DNA of 63,582 bases, the filler included, from Reticulomyxa filosa (lineage: Eukaryota > Protista > Foraminifera), in assembly GCA_000512085.1 (NCBI GenBank). It is 10 parts of 10 records of this genome, joined end to end, with 100 filler letters (N's around TTAATTAATTAA, not from the genome) between each part and the next. Parts side by side here need not be neighbours in the genome. Positions count along the whole stretch, not along the records: positions 36,586 to 42,387 come from ASPP01027749.1; positions 42,488 to 44,064 come from ASPP01020742.1; positions 44,165 to 51,668 come from ASPP01007230.1; 7 more parts are not named here. One strand, written 5' to 3'. Both the position numbers and the translations under genes were made by a program. Numbering within the stretch: position 1 is the stretch's first letter; each line of letters opens with the position of its first letter. Below are positions 38,166 through 51,768 of the stretch, one piece after another. The notes under the pieces are model-generated. The model was not told the DNA's origin, made no database searches, and worked only from the letters and a program-made list of their open reading frames with translations.

Positions 38166-38950
38166 TCAGCTCGCCCTCCTACATCTTTTTCCGAGGATAC
38201 ATGGCCATTGAGTGCATTTGCTCTTTAATCTATGTTATACGCTTTGAGAGATTTTTAATTGCGCCAGCTTGCTCAATTATCACTGCAGCAAAGAATATAA
38301 TGAAAAAAAAAGAAAACTTAATAACAATTGTATGATATATTGAGATGAACGCTCCTGTGAAATGGTGAAACAAATGTGCGAAGAGAAGTTGAAAAGATGT
38401 CATTTTTTTTTAAAGCGACTGCCATGGGAAATGAAAAGAGCTGTTCGTGTTTGTTCGAGACAAAGTCACTTTTTCATGCAAATTCGTTTTGAACTTGCCA
38501 AACGGCACTTTAGCAGCCCATTCCCAACGGTGTCCGACATGCAACGATCAAGCCTTTTTTCTCCTTCAAAAAAAGGAAAGTGTTGACCTCGTCATGACAT
38601 TATACAACAAGACGTTAATAATCACTTCAGTATGTTCATATTGTTTTAATAACGCTCCGCAAAAACAAACTTCAAACTACCCAAATGGCATTCGCTGCTT
38701 TCAATGCATACACAAACGATGCCATTTGGCTGGTTTTCAGTTACTATTGTTTTTTTTACTTTTATTTACACGTCCAAAAAAGAATCTGTCAGTTTTAATT
38801 TACATCACAACTTTTTGCAGTACACCAAAAGTTTCTATGTTTGAATATGTTCATGCTTCGAAAAACAATAATTTGTTTTTTTTTTAAAAGTGATCTAAAC
38901 TTAATATCTTGGACCTAACAACAGCAAGCTTTAGTGCTTGTTCTCAAGCA
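38166..38950 (+). pseudogene. fragment resembling the C-terminal Cys-rich zinc-binding region of DNA topoisomerase III
   Basis: CKFVLNLPNGT..RCPTC..VCSYCFNNAP..IRCFQCIHKRCHLA resembles the TOP3 C-terminal repeats (LP.NG..CP..CPYCY.HPP..C..C.H..C). There is no intact upstream catalytic ORF. Confidence 0.45.
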
Positions 38951-40420
38951 TGAATGCAATGGAAAAGTGTAAAAGATTTTTCACAATCGTTAGTGCGTCA
39001 CATTTCGCTTGTACACTTCATCCTTATCCGTCACAAGCACAATCGACGTAATTGGATTGTCAAAACTCAAAACTATCAATCTCTCTTCCTCTTTGTCATT
39101 TCTCAACGTGCAAAGTTATGTGACGGACATTGTGTGCATTAGAAAAAAAAAGACTTGTTCTCTTATTTAAAATTATTGGCTTGCACTAACTACTATTTTT
39201 TTCACTCAAACATAGAAATTAGGCTAATTCGACAAATGAGAGCAATGTTTTTTAAAAATGCATCTCACAACTCCCAAGGGGTAAAGAAATGCCCCTTTTT
39301 TTTTATGCAAGAGTAAAAGTATATTGTCAGTTGTGCACACCAACACTTTTTTTTTAAACAAGTATCCCCTTTCAAAAAAAAATAAAATTGCTAAACATCA
39401 GCTGATTTTTTTTTTGTCAAAAAGGAAACAACGTATAGACAGCTATTGCGAACATAAAAACAAGTCGTTGCACCCTTTTCTTTCCGACTTATCGCACAAA
39501 CCCTTTTTCAGACTTTGTATGGCTGCTTAGCCTGTTTTTTTTTTAAATAGCCGTTAAGCCGAATGTCATCAGATCAGATTAGCTTAGCTTAGCTTAGCTA
39601 TCTATTACTACAATTAAGTCATTCTTTTTTTTTTCTCCGTTTTTCTGTCGCTTCTTAAAAAAAAAAAAATTGCACAAATAACGACAATTTACAGGAAAAA
39701 TCGTATTTGCGAAAGTATGTCATTATTCGATGCAATTATTGAAGAAAGTTAATGTAACAAAACTAGTTTTGCACCGTTTAAAACAAAGAACAACGTACGT
39801 ATATAGAGTGTCTTTTTTTTATTTTTTTATTTTTATTTAAAACGATAGACTCTCAATACACACATGCGCCTTTGTGTGTATGTGGGACAAAAAGAAACAA
39901 CATATGTCTACGCAAATAATAAAGCAAGTATCCGTGGTCATCAAAGTATGATTGCGTGTATTCAAAGTGGAGCCATACACACCATATTTTTTTTTTATAA
40001 ATTCAAGTTTTTGTAAAACTAGATAGTGGAAGGTGGTGAAGGTGATGAAAAAAAAAAAATGACTACTTGACAAAAAACAAAAAATTAACATCTTTTAATT
40101 AAAAAACGATGCAAAATTTTTTGTTTTTTTTTCCCTCATTGTCGGTTGATTGTACATACAAGTTCCCAATCCAAATGTATTCGTGTATGATGATTATATT
40201 TATGTATGAAAAAGGATTTATGGACAACATATGTTTTTAATGGTCACATAACAAAAAAACATGTTGTTTTGTTGAAAATGATTTGAACCACATTCGCGAC
40301 ACCAAATACAAACAACAAAAAGGTTTTGTGAAGAATGATGCGGAAACCAGGACTCAAGCATTCTTTTAAAAAAAAAAATTACAACAAATACACAATATGT
40401 AATTAATATTCGATTGTGAT

Positions 40421-41150
40421 ATGATTATTTATCAGGAGACAAAAAGCAAAGATGGTCGCTACAGTGTGATCATCCGTATAACGAAAGAAAACGTTGCATA
40501 TGGTGCGGATGTGAGAGATTGGAGTGCGTGTGGTGTTGTTTATTATAACTTGCCAGTATTTTTTGAAAACAATTCAAATGCCATCGCATCCAATAATTAT
40601 TGGAATATCAATATCAATGAAAGTCTTAATGTACACGTCGTGTTTATGGATAAAAAAAATGCAGGTGATAAAGTAAATGGATTTGTATTTATTTATAGAA
40701 TGAACACTCGTGGATGCATGCAAACCAAAGATACAAATAATGTGAGTGTCGATAATGATCGATATGCAAAAGGAATTGATTTATTGATGGTCTTTTGTAG
40801 TAACGTTACAGATAAGAACGAACTGATGAGTAAATTTGAAGAATTTAATAGCATTGTATCATCTGTCATCTCATATCTTGCTTCAAAAGACCGTTCGATC
40901 AACGTTAAGTCAACACAAATTCAATTATCTTTCCGATAAATTTGAAATTTTAATAAAAATAATAAAAAAGTAAGTGACGAAGCGAAAGAAGAAATAAAGC
41001 CTCAAAATGAAATAGGACAGGTTTCACAACAACTCTTTTTGATCCGTATTTTATTGTATTATAAAAATACAAAAAAAAAAAGGTAAAAGAGATTAAAGAC
41101 GAGGAAACAGTAGCAGCGAAGAAAGAAGTAAACGAAAATCAAATTGAAAA
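40421..41150 (+). CDS. hypothetical protein (172-aa main exon plus probable short charged exons)
   Basis: Non-repetitive ORF 40421-40939; no recognisable motif. Confidence 0.4.
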
Positions 41151-41464
41151 AGAAGAAAAAAAGGCGGAAGTGGGACAAACAAAACCAGGAGCCAATTTGC
41201 AAGGCTATTGTACAAATGGAGATAATTCTCTTTTTTTTATGTACAAAAACAGAAGATTTTTCTGTTCAAAAACAAATCCAAACTCATAAAAGTCGATCAT
41301 TATTACTGTTCGTCTTTTTTTCAACATGTTTGCATTGCAAGAGGTAGTTAAAAAATTTTCACAATAAACTCCTTTTGTCTGAAGATTCAATTAACAGCTT
41401 CCTTCCCCTTCTAAGAAAAGAGTCCTCGTTATTAGTAGAAACAGCCGAAAAAAAATCAAAAACA

Positions 41465-42387
41465 ATGAGTTTTAATGACCATATCCAAGCAATAAAAAAT
41501 GTGAATTTTTCATTGCAAAAAAACGTTACAATTCAAACAAATTATTTCTATCAAACTCAAACGAGCCTTTATTAATTAAAATCAAAGGTATACAAAAGTG
41601 TGTTTTATTTTTAAAAACAATCAGTCAAAATGAAAAGAATGAATTTTATTGCATTGATATTGATTTGTACGTAATCAAAGATTGTAAATATGATAATGAA
41701 TGGGAAATATTATTTAAAGAAACATCTGTCTCTAATTACAAAAATCAAATTTTACAGTCTTCAAAAGAAACAACAGTTAAAAAATGAGATAATATGTATT
41801 ATTCAAAATTGGATTCGAATTTTAAAGATAAATTTAGGATGGATTGATTATTTTGATCACATTATTTTCAAATTCAGTGGAATGAAATAAATTTTGAACA
41901 AGTACAATATGGTTTTGATTTTAATTTTATTTCATGAATTTGTCAAGTATTTTCAAAGATATAAAAAAAGACTCGGCATTGTAATTCAAAGTGCCAAAAT
42001 ACTTGTACGCTTTTGATAAACAAAATCCTAAGCGTCCACTCGCATTTCTTTGCATCATTTTCAATGGACAATCTACAATGGAGTACATTTTTATTTGAAC
42101 TCCAGAAACAGGTTTTATCAGTTATATCAACAATACACAATAATATGAGGTATATAACTTTTTATTAAAGTCTATTTGAAGCAAGTTCATATGATAAAAT
42201 GATGAACAATTGAAATTTTAAAAAGCATTGTTGAAATGCACCACAAATACAATTTATTTTTGAACATCATCTTTTTTGTGATAATGCAAGTAATTTGGAT
42301 TGTTAAAACTCTTTGGATCAGAATCTCAAAGAAGTAATTTCACCTGATGTCATTGCAAATATTATTTGCTCACAAATGATTTTGTAA
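41465..42387 (+). pseudogene. decayed member of the lineage-specific WD40 family
   Basis: Contains the family leader EIICIIQNWIRILKINLGWIDYFD, also seen at ~52270-52340 and ~53030-53120. It is followed by stop-ridden sequence with a remnant ASSYDK. Confidence 0.55.
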
Positions 42388-42487
42388 NNNNNNNNNNNNN
42401 NNNNNNNNNNNNNNNNNNNNNNNNNNNNNNNTTAATTAATTAANNNNNNNNNNNNNNNNNNNNNNNNNNNNNNNNNNNNNNNNNNNN

Positions 42488-42519
<32 letters not shown>

Positions 42520-44022
42520 AAAAGAAAAAAAGAAAGGGACGGAAGAAGGTGCAACGACAGATAGAAAGGAGAAGAAAAATGGATCAAGATGGGCACTGAC
42601 ATTCGAAAAGACGAAAAGCCAGGATAGAGAAAAAAATAAAGAAAAAGAGAAGAAGACATCGAATTCGATAGAGTCTGATGTGAAACGTTCGAAAAGCAAA
42701 GATAGAGGAGGAAGAAGAAGAGAGGATGAAGAAGAAGAAGAAGGAGGAGAAGAAGAAGAAGAAGAAGAAGAAGAAGAAGAAGAGAAAAGAAAGAAGCAAA
42801 AAAAGAACAAAGAAAAAACAAAAGAAAAAGAAAGAAAAGGCAAGCAAGAATTGCAGCAAAATAAAAAAAAGAAACAGAAACATGATCAAGAAAGCGGGAC
42901 AAAAAAAAAGGAAAGACTTTGGTCTCCCAAATCAATGGACCATCGATGGATATTCGCATCATCAGCCGAGCAAACTAATGAGCCTTCCAACACGGCCAAT
43001 ACGAATAGTCATGATCCAACTCAAGTCAATTCTAATGTTAATGTAAATAATATTAATATTAATATCAGTGTAAATACCAATCTCAATACCAATTCCAATT
43101 CCAATTCCAATTCCAATTCCAATCCCAATACCAATTCCAATCCCAATCCCAATATCAATACCAATCCTAATCAAATGCTTGATAATAACAAGAAACTTAC
43201 ACCACCTTTATGGCCGACTGCGACGTCTGCACATGTGCAAGGTGGCAGTGCAGATATCCTGGATGTCAATCCGCTACCTTTAAACTCGAGACACGAGTCT
43301 ATATATTTCTCGTCGTCAATGGTGAATTTGAACACCCCTACGACACATAAGCTCATGAAAGCTCAGTCGCTCAATCCAGACGTCCTCCTCACACTCGACA
43401 ACATCAACACCTTTGATTCCACCGCCCATCACCACAATCTTCCTCACACTGCCAACTCAAACGAGGCTCAGCTCGTCCGTAGCAAGACCTCCTGGTCCAA
43501 GGCTGTCACATCACTTCCTTCTAGGCACAACAATCTTCCCAAAAATAAGCCTCTTGCCTTGGCAGGTGTGTATGTGTATACGTCGTTGTTTTTTTTTTTT
43601 TATTATATATGTCCTCCCTGGCGAGTGCGGGATGGAACGAACGTGCAAAAAAAAAAAAAAAAAAAAAAAAAAGAGGGGGTATAACAATTGATTGAGTTGA
43701 GTAGCTTTTTGGAATGAATAGGTGAACATGATGAAATGGTAGTGGAGATTCGGATTGACCACACGGAGACGGGCTATTTGTTTGTCGGCGTTTTGAACAG
43801 TAAGAAAGAACGCGTCAACGTTGCAAAACCAGGGTTCATGCTCGGCTTCAATGATTACTCGTGGAGTCTGTTCGGATACAATGGCACCGTGTACCATAAC
43901 AGCATCAGGGAACCCTACATTACCAGCCGAAAAGGGAAAGAGCAGCCACGCACGGACAAGTCAAAGTTGACACATACATTGAGTATAACATATAATATAT
44001 ATGTATATATATGTACATATAC

Positions 44023-44059
<37 letters not shown>

Positions 44060-44064
44060 TATAT
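42488..44064 (+). CDS. internal fragment: K/E- and N-rich low-complexity region followed by a SPRY/B30.2-like domain
   Basis: ORF 42680-~43565 is spliced to ~43722: VVEIRIDHTETGYLFVGV..GFMLGFNDYSWSLFGYNGTVYHNS is a typical SPRY pattern. Coding (GAA)n and (AATTCC)n repeats are present. Confidence 0.65.
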
Positions 44065-44252
44065 NNNNNNNNNNNNNNNNNNNNNNNNNNNNNNNNNNNN
44101 NNNNNNNNTTAATTAATTAANNNNNNNNNNNNNNNNNNNNNNNNNNNNNNNNNNNNNNNNNNNNTAATATAATACATATATATATATATATATATATGTA
44201 TTATATTATTATTATAATTATTTGTTATTATCAAAAATAAAATAATATATAG

Positions 44253-45725
44253 ACTCTCCGAAAAATTCGGAGGACTATGGATCAGTACCGGATGTGGTTC
44301 CATTTTATCGTTATGGCAGCCGACCCTCGGATCCTTCTTGGGGATTGGCATTTCCACAAACTGTCAGCGCGTTGAATCAATACTTCAATTTGTATGGAGT
44401 GATGCAATCGTACATGAACGATCACACCCTACTCAATTATTTGACCAACTTACAAAATCGAATGCCACCAAAAAACGATATTAAGCAATATCCTGCCTCT
44501 TATGGCGATTGGGTTATGTACATATATATGTATATATGTATATATGTATATATGTATATTGATCAATTTATTCAAAATGTTTGTTGTTTGGACGGACGGG
44601 GAAAATAGTGTCCTCCCCCGCCAGCACCAAAGATTGACAACCCATTTACAGGTGCGTTCAGCTACATTGAGGCGGTACGTATTGTGTCATCGTTTGCGGA
44701 AGAGATGGACAATCTGACATTGGTAAGCGAGCTGAACTCGTTGTACAGCAATTTGAAGGGACTGTTTTTGAACGCGTGGTTCAATAACCAGACCAACAAC
44801 TTTGACGTTGGCATTCAAACATCGTATGCGCTGCCATTGCACGCGCATATCTACGACCCTGCCCGTTTGGCGCAAATTGAAAACAACTTGCTGACACAAA
44901 TCTCCACCGACCACAACTTGTTGACCGTGGGCATTTTGGGATGCAAGTTCTTGTTCCCGGTGTTGTCGACCTTGACCATCGGAGATCACACCTCTTTGGC
45001 ATTGTCCATGATTGTTGGAGGGGACAATTTCACCTATCCTTCCTACAGCTATGAAAGCTTCAACACTTATGAGCCTGCCACTGGTCTTTGGGAATTGTGG
45101 GATGGTATGATTTCTGTTTTTCAAATCTCTTTTCTTTTTTAAAAAAAAAAAAATTGTGATATATCCTTTTGTAATTCCATCATATATACATATATATGTA
45201 TGATATGTATTATATAAATGAATAGCTCCAAGTGAAGGCCCTGGAATGAACAGTCGAAATCATCATATGTTTAGCAGTGTGTCAGGTTACTTGCACTCGT
45301 ATGTTGCTGGATTGGTGGTTGCTGATCGAGGACATAAACACTTGTCGAAAGTGCAAGGAGGCCCACGACAGATGTACTATCGCGTTCGAATTGGCCATAT
45401 CCCATCGCAAGTGCTTCAATGGTCGGAGCTGCAATTGGATGATATTTTCTATCGCTGGGAATGGAGCTCCTCCACAAACACAAACACTCGGTTGCAATTT
45501 CAATTGCATGTACCCGTGGGCGTTCATGCCGTTTTGGAAGTTGCTCATCCTTGCACAGAGTATCTTTTCAAAGATCGTGCTGGTGGAGTATATTCCTCAT
45601 CCTCTTCCATTGACAATGCACAAAACAAGCTGTTTTTGAGCACGTATCAAACAGTTGTAGGTAAACATGGATGGCTCGTTGTTGGTTCGGGAATTTATCA
45701 TTGGGACTTTGTGTGTTTGTTGTAA
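44253..45725 (+). CDS. alpha-L-rhamnosidase (GH78) C-terminal part, 5'-truncated, 3 visible exons
   Basis: GSVPDVVP..DPSWG, YGDW/CPP, QTSYALPL, LTVGILG.KFLFPVL, YPSY..ATGLWELWD, MNSRNHHMFSSV are the GH78 catalytic-domain motifs. Confidence 0.9.
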
Positions 45726-46081
45726 AGTTATTTCAAAGTTTGGGAGGACAAAAAAAAAAAAAAAAATTATATATATATTGATAGAATTTCAAATTTTTCA
45801 AATACAAGTGCTCTTTTTTTTTTTGTCTTGTAAATTATACATTACAACAACCAGTTTTAGTATCCACACAAATACACTCAATAATTTTTGGTTGCTATTT
45901 TTGAAAAGTTTCGTCTCTCACTTTTTAAAAAATAATTTAAAGCTTATTGTAAGCATTGAACAATTGAAAATTTCAAATCAAAACTTTTGTTAAACGCTGT
46001 ATGTATTCTTTTTTATGTGTTCAGTTTAGAGCGTTTTTTTTATAGTTTTTTTTTGAAATTGTAAGTAACTCCCATGTAGAA

Positions 46082-47115
46082 ATGGGTATCAATAGGTCTA
46101 AGCATAATTATTTGAATAACTTGTTTGATGGACTTACCCTAGCGTTATCATTAGCAGATGTAGTAACAGATCTGCTAGTACTGAAATTTTGGTATGAAGA
46201 AAAGGAAAGAGTATTATTTTGGATGGGTGTGACAAATTTGTTGGTGGTTCAATTGTGTTATTATGTGGAATTTTTGGTGAGGTATTTGACAACAACAAGT
46301 TGTGGAAGACATTGGATATCATTTGTTTTTATGTTTGTAATATCTCCATTGTTGCCATATGTGTTTTATTTGGCGTCTTCTCCAAGAGATAAACTGTATC
46401 ATATGCTTAAAGCGATGGGATTGTATCGAAGTTTATATGGCTTTTCATGGAAAAATGATAACGAAACAAAGGTAGGAGAATGGGTGACGGAAAAAAAGAG
46501 ACAATACCATGGTTTTTTGTTGCAAGCAATATTGGAGAGCATGCCTCAAAGTGTCATTCAAATGACTGCCTTATTATATTTCAATCAAATCAATTCGCTC
46601 ACACTTTTTTCTTTATTTGTTTCGTTGGCCAATGTGTCCACCAAGTTTTTTCTGTTCTGTCCATCCAGCAATATTTGGTGGTTTATCTTCACCTGGGTCA
46701 CAATGGTGTGTGATTTTGTGGGGGTCTTTGTGGTCCTCGCGTGGATATTTTTTGTTCCGTCACATGACAGTGGTGATGTAAATAAGATTACTATGATCGG
46801 ACAATTGTGGCTTTATAAGGCATTGCTATCCATTGGTCCACTGGCAATATATGGCGCCATTGCATTTCCATTGTTTATTCGAAAGATTTATTTGCAGCAA
46901 TCATCTTTTGACGATAGCATCATGCCACGGTTTATTATCATTTTACTTGCCTCATGTCATTGTCTCATTGCAATGTCTCTCTTTTTTCTTGCCAGCATTA
47001 TGGGGATCTTGCTTTTGGAACTCCCTTTGTTCACTCTTTTTGCATTTGTCTTTAACATCTCTTATCGGTTCCATGTCAAGTTTTGTTTTACACGCTTTCT
47101 TTTTTTTTTTAATTA

Positions 47116-47148
<33 letters not shown>

Positions 47149-48312
47149 TTTGTCGCTATTGTTATTTGCTTTGCCCTGATGTTTAAAAGTGAAGATGATG
47201 ATAAAACTTTGGAAAAAGTTATGGAATTTGTAAATGAATCCAACGCCAAGTATCAATATTGTGATATTTTGAGATTGACATTGAGTTTGTGTTGCTATCA
47301 TTGTTGTCGAAGGCACTCCACAAATCAATCATGTTGTGTTTGTTTGCCTCAACGATTAATGACTGGACGCAATCTGCAAGCACATAAAGGGACGACGGAT
47401 ATGTCAAAAGATTTGTTATTGGAAGACAAATTGCTATTGGAATATCCAAAACTCTGGACACAGTATTTCAATCACAAATTTCAGGATATTGTGCTGAGAT
47501 TAGCAGCCGTCAATTGGATATTGAGTGCCCCAACTGTCCATAACCATACAAAATTGCATACATTTTTGAGTGGTGTGCTCATAAAGGACACTCAACAAGA
47601 ACATGAGAAACAACGGAAAAAAGAGCTGCAAGGAGATTGGAAAGATGGGCGCAATTTGGCATGGAAAGATTTGACGTTTGCACATTTAAGCGTGTTCACA
47701 AAAAAGGCTGGACACTCTACAATTGCCACTTGTTTGAAAGATGAGCTCATGTCTTTGTTGACAGGCTCCAAGTTTTTCCCGCGAGACAGAAATGAAAGAA
47801 AGAACATTACAACCAGATGGATAGAAGGAATGGTCAATGTGGTCTTCCCATTGTATTTGCTTCAAAGGATTATTAGTATTTTTTTCCCTTTTGCTTGTCT
47901 CCTTTATGCTTTGATTGTTTCGCCAAATTGCATTCACATTGCTGTTTTGCAATTATCTTTAACTGTCATCTACACTGTAATCATAGTTTTGTTGATGGTT
48001 GCTATATTACCCTATACCTTTTGGTGGTTTTGGTTGTCCTGGAACGTCTTACCAGGTTATCATTTTGTTTTGTTTTTTTTACTATTTGCTATCCCTCTTC
48101 AATTGCTTCTTCAATGGGGCTTTGGATTGAACACAGGAGAACATAGGGAAATTGACAAGATAACAGAGAATGCAAAAAATGTTTATTGGCTGGTTGTTGC
48201 AACTTCAAAAAAAGTAGAAGTAGTTCAGGATGTATTTGGTCCACACATTGCAGAAATTGTTTGTTTATATTTGCCTCCAGATCTGACTTTACAGCAAATT
48301 CAACAGTATTAA
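46082..48312 (+). CDS. large polytopic membrane protein with XK-related-like N-terminal domain (two long exons, junction uncertain)
   Basis: LSLADVVTDLLVLKFWY and LLQAILESMPQSVIQM resemble the XK/Xkr-family motifs D..TD and E..PQ..LQ. There are many TM segments. Confidence 0.65.
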
Positions 48313-48869
48313 TATATCAATGTAAAATTTTCTAACTTTGATGCTGTTTATGTTTGTATTCCGATATGATGAAATTCTGGGTAAATATATGCAACACTCA
48401 AGTTGAAACGAAGTAAGCACAACGATCTACGTTGTGGGCGTTTTTTTTGAGAGGGTTAAGCCAAAAGTAAACTTTAGCAACACTAATGCAGTACTTCAAC
48501 AAACAAAAACAAAACAAATTAAATACTGCTCTTAAAAATTTTTTAAAATTTTAATAAAATGACGCTTTATATCTTTTTTAAAGAATGATGCTTTGACATG
48601 CAAAAAGTTATTAAAACAATAATTAGATCATAGTAGTTAATAATAACTGACTCCTGGACATATTTTAAAAAAGACTGGATATTGTATTCATTTTTAGCTA
48701 CTTGAGAAATAGATTAAAATTAAGACATCACAAAAACTGTAACAAAACAAAATAATAATATAACAAAGCAATCAACCAAAAACTGTGTACAAAACAGCAA
48801 TAATTTACTTGCTATTCTTGACAAAGAAAAAAAGTTATAAAGATTAAAAAAATACATTATAGTTCACGA

Positions 48870-50837
48870 ATCAAAGGACATTACTTGATTTCTGATCATC
48901 CACAGGAAGAATGGCCAAGGTTTGTTTGATCCTGCACTTGTGGCTCATGAAGCAGCTTTTATTTAAAAGAGAAAAAAAAAAATGTAAAAAAAATAAACAG
49001 ACATATAAGAAAAATAAACTTGAGGGGGAAGGGTGACATGTTTAATGATGGAAATAACGGGAACTGGTCTTGCCGGACCAAAATTTGTTACGATACGATC
49101 ACATGCACTGGCAATTTCTGTTTCGTCCAAAAGATGGTAACCAGTATTTGAATCATCAGTAATCATAATACTGATTGGTGAATTATGTGTATCCGACATT
49201 GGTACAACCATCATCGCCGTTCTTGTCAGTGGTGTTGATATTGCCAGTATCTTCAGCGTCGTCGGGGTCCCCAGAGACAAGGGGGTACCAACTACAGAAT
49301 GTGGAGTACGTTGATCTCCCGTCCCAGTACTCCTATTGTCATCTTGATCCACCGGACTACTTACGCTATTACACGTTATATATAATAGATATCGGAGTGT
49401 AAATAATTTATTATTGATAACGCAATACGAGACAAATATATATATATGTATTTACAAAACAAGGAATTAAGAGTAATATAAGAAAGGGAAGAGCTATAGC
49501 GATGTTGTGGAGTCATGTTTGTAAGATTAGCCGAGCCAGACAGATCACGTTGATTCACACTGGATGATAATATGTCCTGCTTTTCATCATCTTGGCTATT
49601 GTCCGTGGAACTGAAGCGAACTATTGCTGGATCCATATTCGCATTAGTGGCAGCGGTAGATACTTGTTCATTGCTTTTATTTGCCTTTCCTGGTCTGCTT
49701 TGATTTTCATAACGGACCGCTGAACTTTGACCCTTCCTACGATACCCCCCCCCCTTTTCTCTTTTACAATCCCTTCTTCAAAAGATGCACTGCACTGTGC
49801 CAAGGTATACATGGCCGAGTGCGCGGCATCTATGTGTATGTGCAAAAAAAAAAATACACAATATAAAAAAAATAACGAAACTGTGGAGTAAGAGAAGGAT
49901 ACAGATTCGAAGAAAGGGGATATGGTATATAACAAAAAGTATCATGTTTCCATTTTGGCGTCTGTAATTTTTTAAAAATGAAACATACGTATGTATTTCT
50001 TTCCTTCTTAGGAACTGTCAATATACAATGAACTCACTTTTTTTTTTTTTTTTTTTGGCCCCTAATTACAAAGTATACTACACGATTGACTTTAAAAAAA
50101 AAGTTAAAAAAGATATAAATATAAACCCGAGCATCAAAATTGGCCAATTGAACATGCAAACCCGACTCGTCAACGGCGCAAGAGGCAGCAGAGTGATCCA
50201 TTTCTTCACAAGCTTGTACTGCTTCAGCAACTTTAGAAAAAGAAACCCAAGCCACCTTTTCTTTACTTTTCTTTTTACTCAAGTTATTGTGGTTGCGGTT
50301 GATCGGTGATATTTTTTTCAAAAGTTATGTTTATGTTTATGATTTCGCCGCATAATTTAAAAAGGTTGCTTACTTCCTCTTCGCATGTACTGTACGTACA
50401 ATGTATGGTTGTGTATGTACAAATTTATATTTTTATCGCTGAGTACTTAAAAAAAATATATACATAAAAAAAGGGACATACTGAGGTAACAAATTGGAAA
50501 CTCGCACCGTTGACAATGTTTCATCTTTACTCCAAACAAGGAATACTCTCATTGTTTCGCCATCAAAGGTAGCATAGTCCTTTTCTATTTTTTTTAACAA
50601 TGTTAATTCGACCTTTTTTTAAGTTTGCTCAAATTAATTGAAGAAAAAATATTAACTAATTGCCGCCTTGCGAGCATTCTGCGGTTTTGAAAATCGAACT
50701 AATGCGACGTTGTTTGGTAACCTCTCACAGTTTGTTACTACCCTTTCAATTGGGCCAACACCACTAAAGAATCGTTTCAAATCTGACTTAACCAACCTAC
50801 GCTGCGACTGTGACGAGACTATGACCTGTCGACTCAT
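48870..50837 (-). CDS. multi-exon RRM-containing RNA-binding protein (3' end approximate)
   Basis: MSRQVIVSS..LKRFFSGVGPIERV..VALVRFSKPQNARKAAI; TVRVSNL; VAWVSFSKVAEAVQACEEMD. These are two or more RRM-like units followed by a disordered tail. Confidence 0.65.
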
Positions 50838-51392
50838 TTTCCTTTTAAGCAAACGGCTGATCCTTCTTTTGAACAAACAAACCAAAAGAACTAACAAAAA
50901 AAAACTTCCTCCCTCTTTGAGTTTCAAGCATTTTTTGTTGATTAGTTGTACCTATATTCTTAAGATTAATTGTTGCATCCAATTCTTGTTGTCTATTTTT
51001 AATCTTCTCCTTGCACCATTGGCAATTAAAAAAAGAGATGTAAAAAAATGTCTCACTATTCAAATGTAAAAATATTATTATTGAAAAAAAAATTGGTGAC
51101 ACTACATAAAAAAAAAATTTTTAATTCTTCAAATAAATTTTAAACAATTTAATCTTTGTATACTTTTTTGATGACACATTTTATTCCTGCATGTTACTTT
51201 TTTATTATCTTGTAAGTAGTAATAACGTTCCAATCTCCGATCAAGAAATTGGATTAATTGATTTAAATAACTCACACCACCACAAAGACAAAGCACGTCC
51301 AAAAAAAGTAGAGGAAGAGGGAAAAACCGTGCTGAAGTTTTTTTGTGTGTCTTTTTCAAACAAGTTAGCTGACCAAGAAGTGGAAAAAAAAA

Positions 51393-51555
51393 ATGAGCGA
51401 GTGGGTCAAGGTTGTGTCACCATCAAAGCGTGATTATACTGAAGATCAAATAACAAGTTTCTTTCGTGACATCGGACCTGTTACACAGGTGGTAAAAGAG
51501 GATGGTATATTGGCCCATTTTTCAAATCCTCAGAATGCTCGCAAAGCAGCCATTC
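51393..51555 (+). CDS. first exon of a divergently transcribed paralogous RRM gene (truncated by contig end)
   Basis: MSEWVKVVSPSKRDYTEDQITSFFRDIGPVTQV..ILAHFSNPQNARKAAI, followed by a GTTAAT donor at the same position and phase as in the neighbouring gene. It is below the ORF-track size cutoff. Confidence 0.7.
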
Positions 51556-51768
51556 GTTAATGCCTTTTTTGGTGTATATTGATTTGTTAAAAGATTGAAA
51601 TTAATAATAATAAAAAAAAAAAAAAAAAAAAGAGAAAACGAGAAGAAATTTAGAAGATGAAATCTTGGNNNNNNNNNNNNNNNNNNNNNNNNNNNNNNNN
51701 NNNNNNNNNNNNTTAATTAATTAANNNNNNNNNNNNNNNNNNNNNNNNNNNNNNNNNNNNNNNNNNNN

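Noticed and set aside
39568-39600. (TTAGC)4 / (TCAGA)2 short tandem repeat as telomeric or CRISPR-like
   Set aside because: Only about 30 bp, with no spacers and no terminal location; an ordinary microsatellite.
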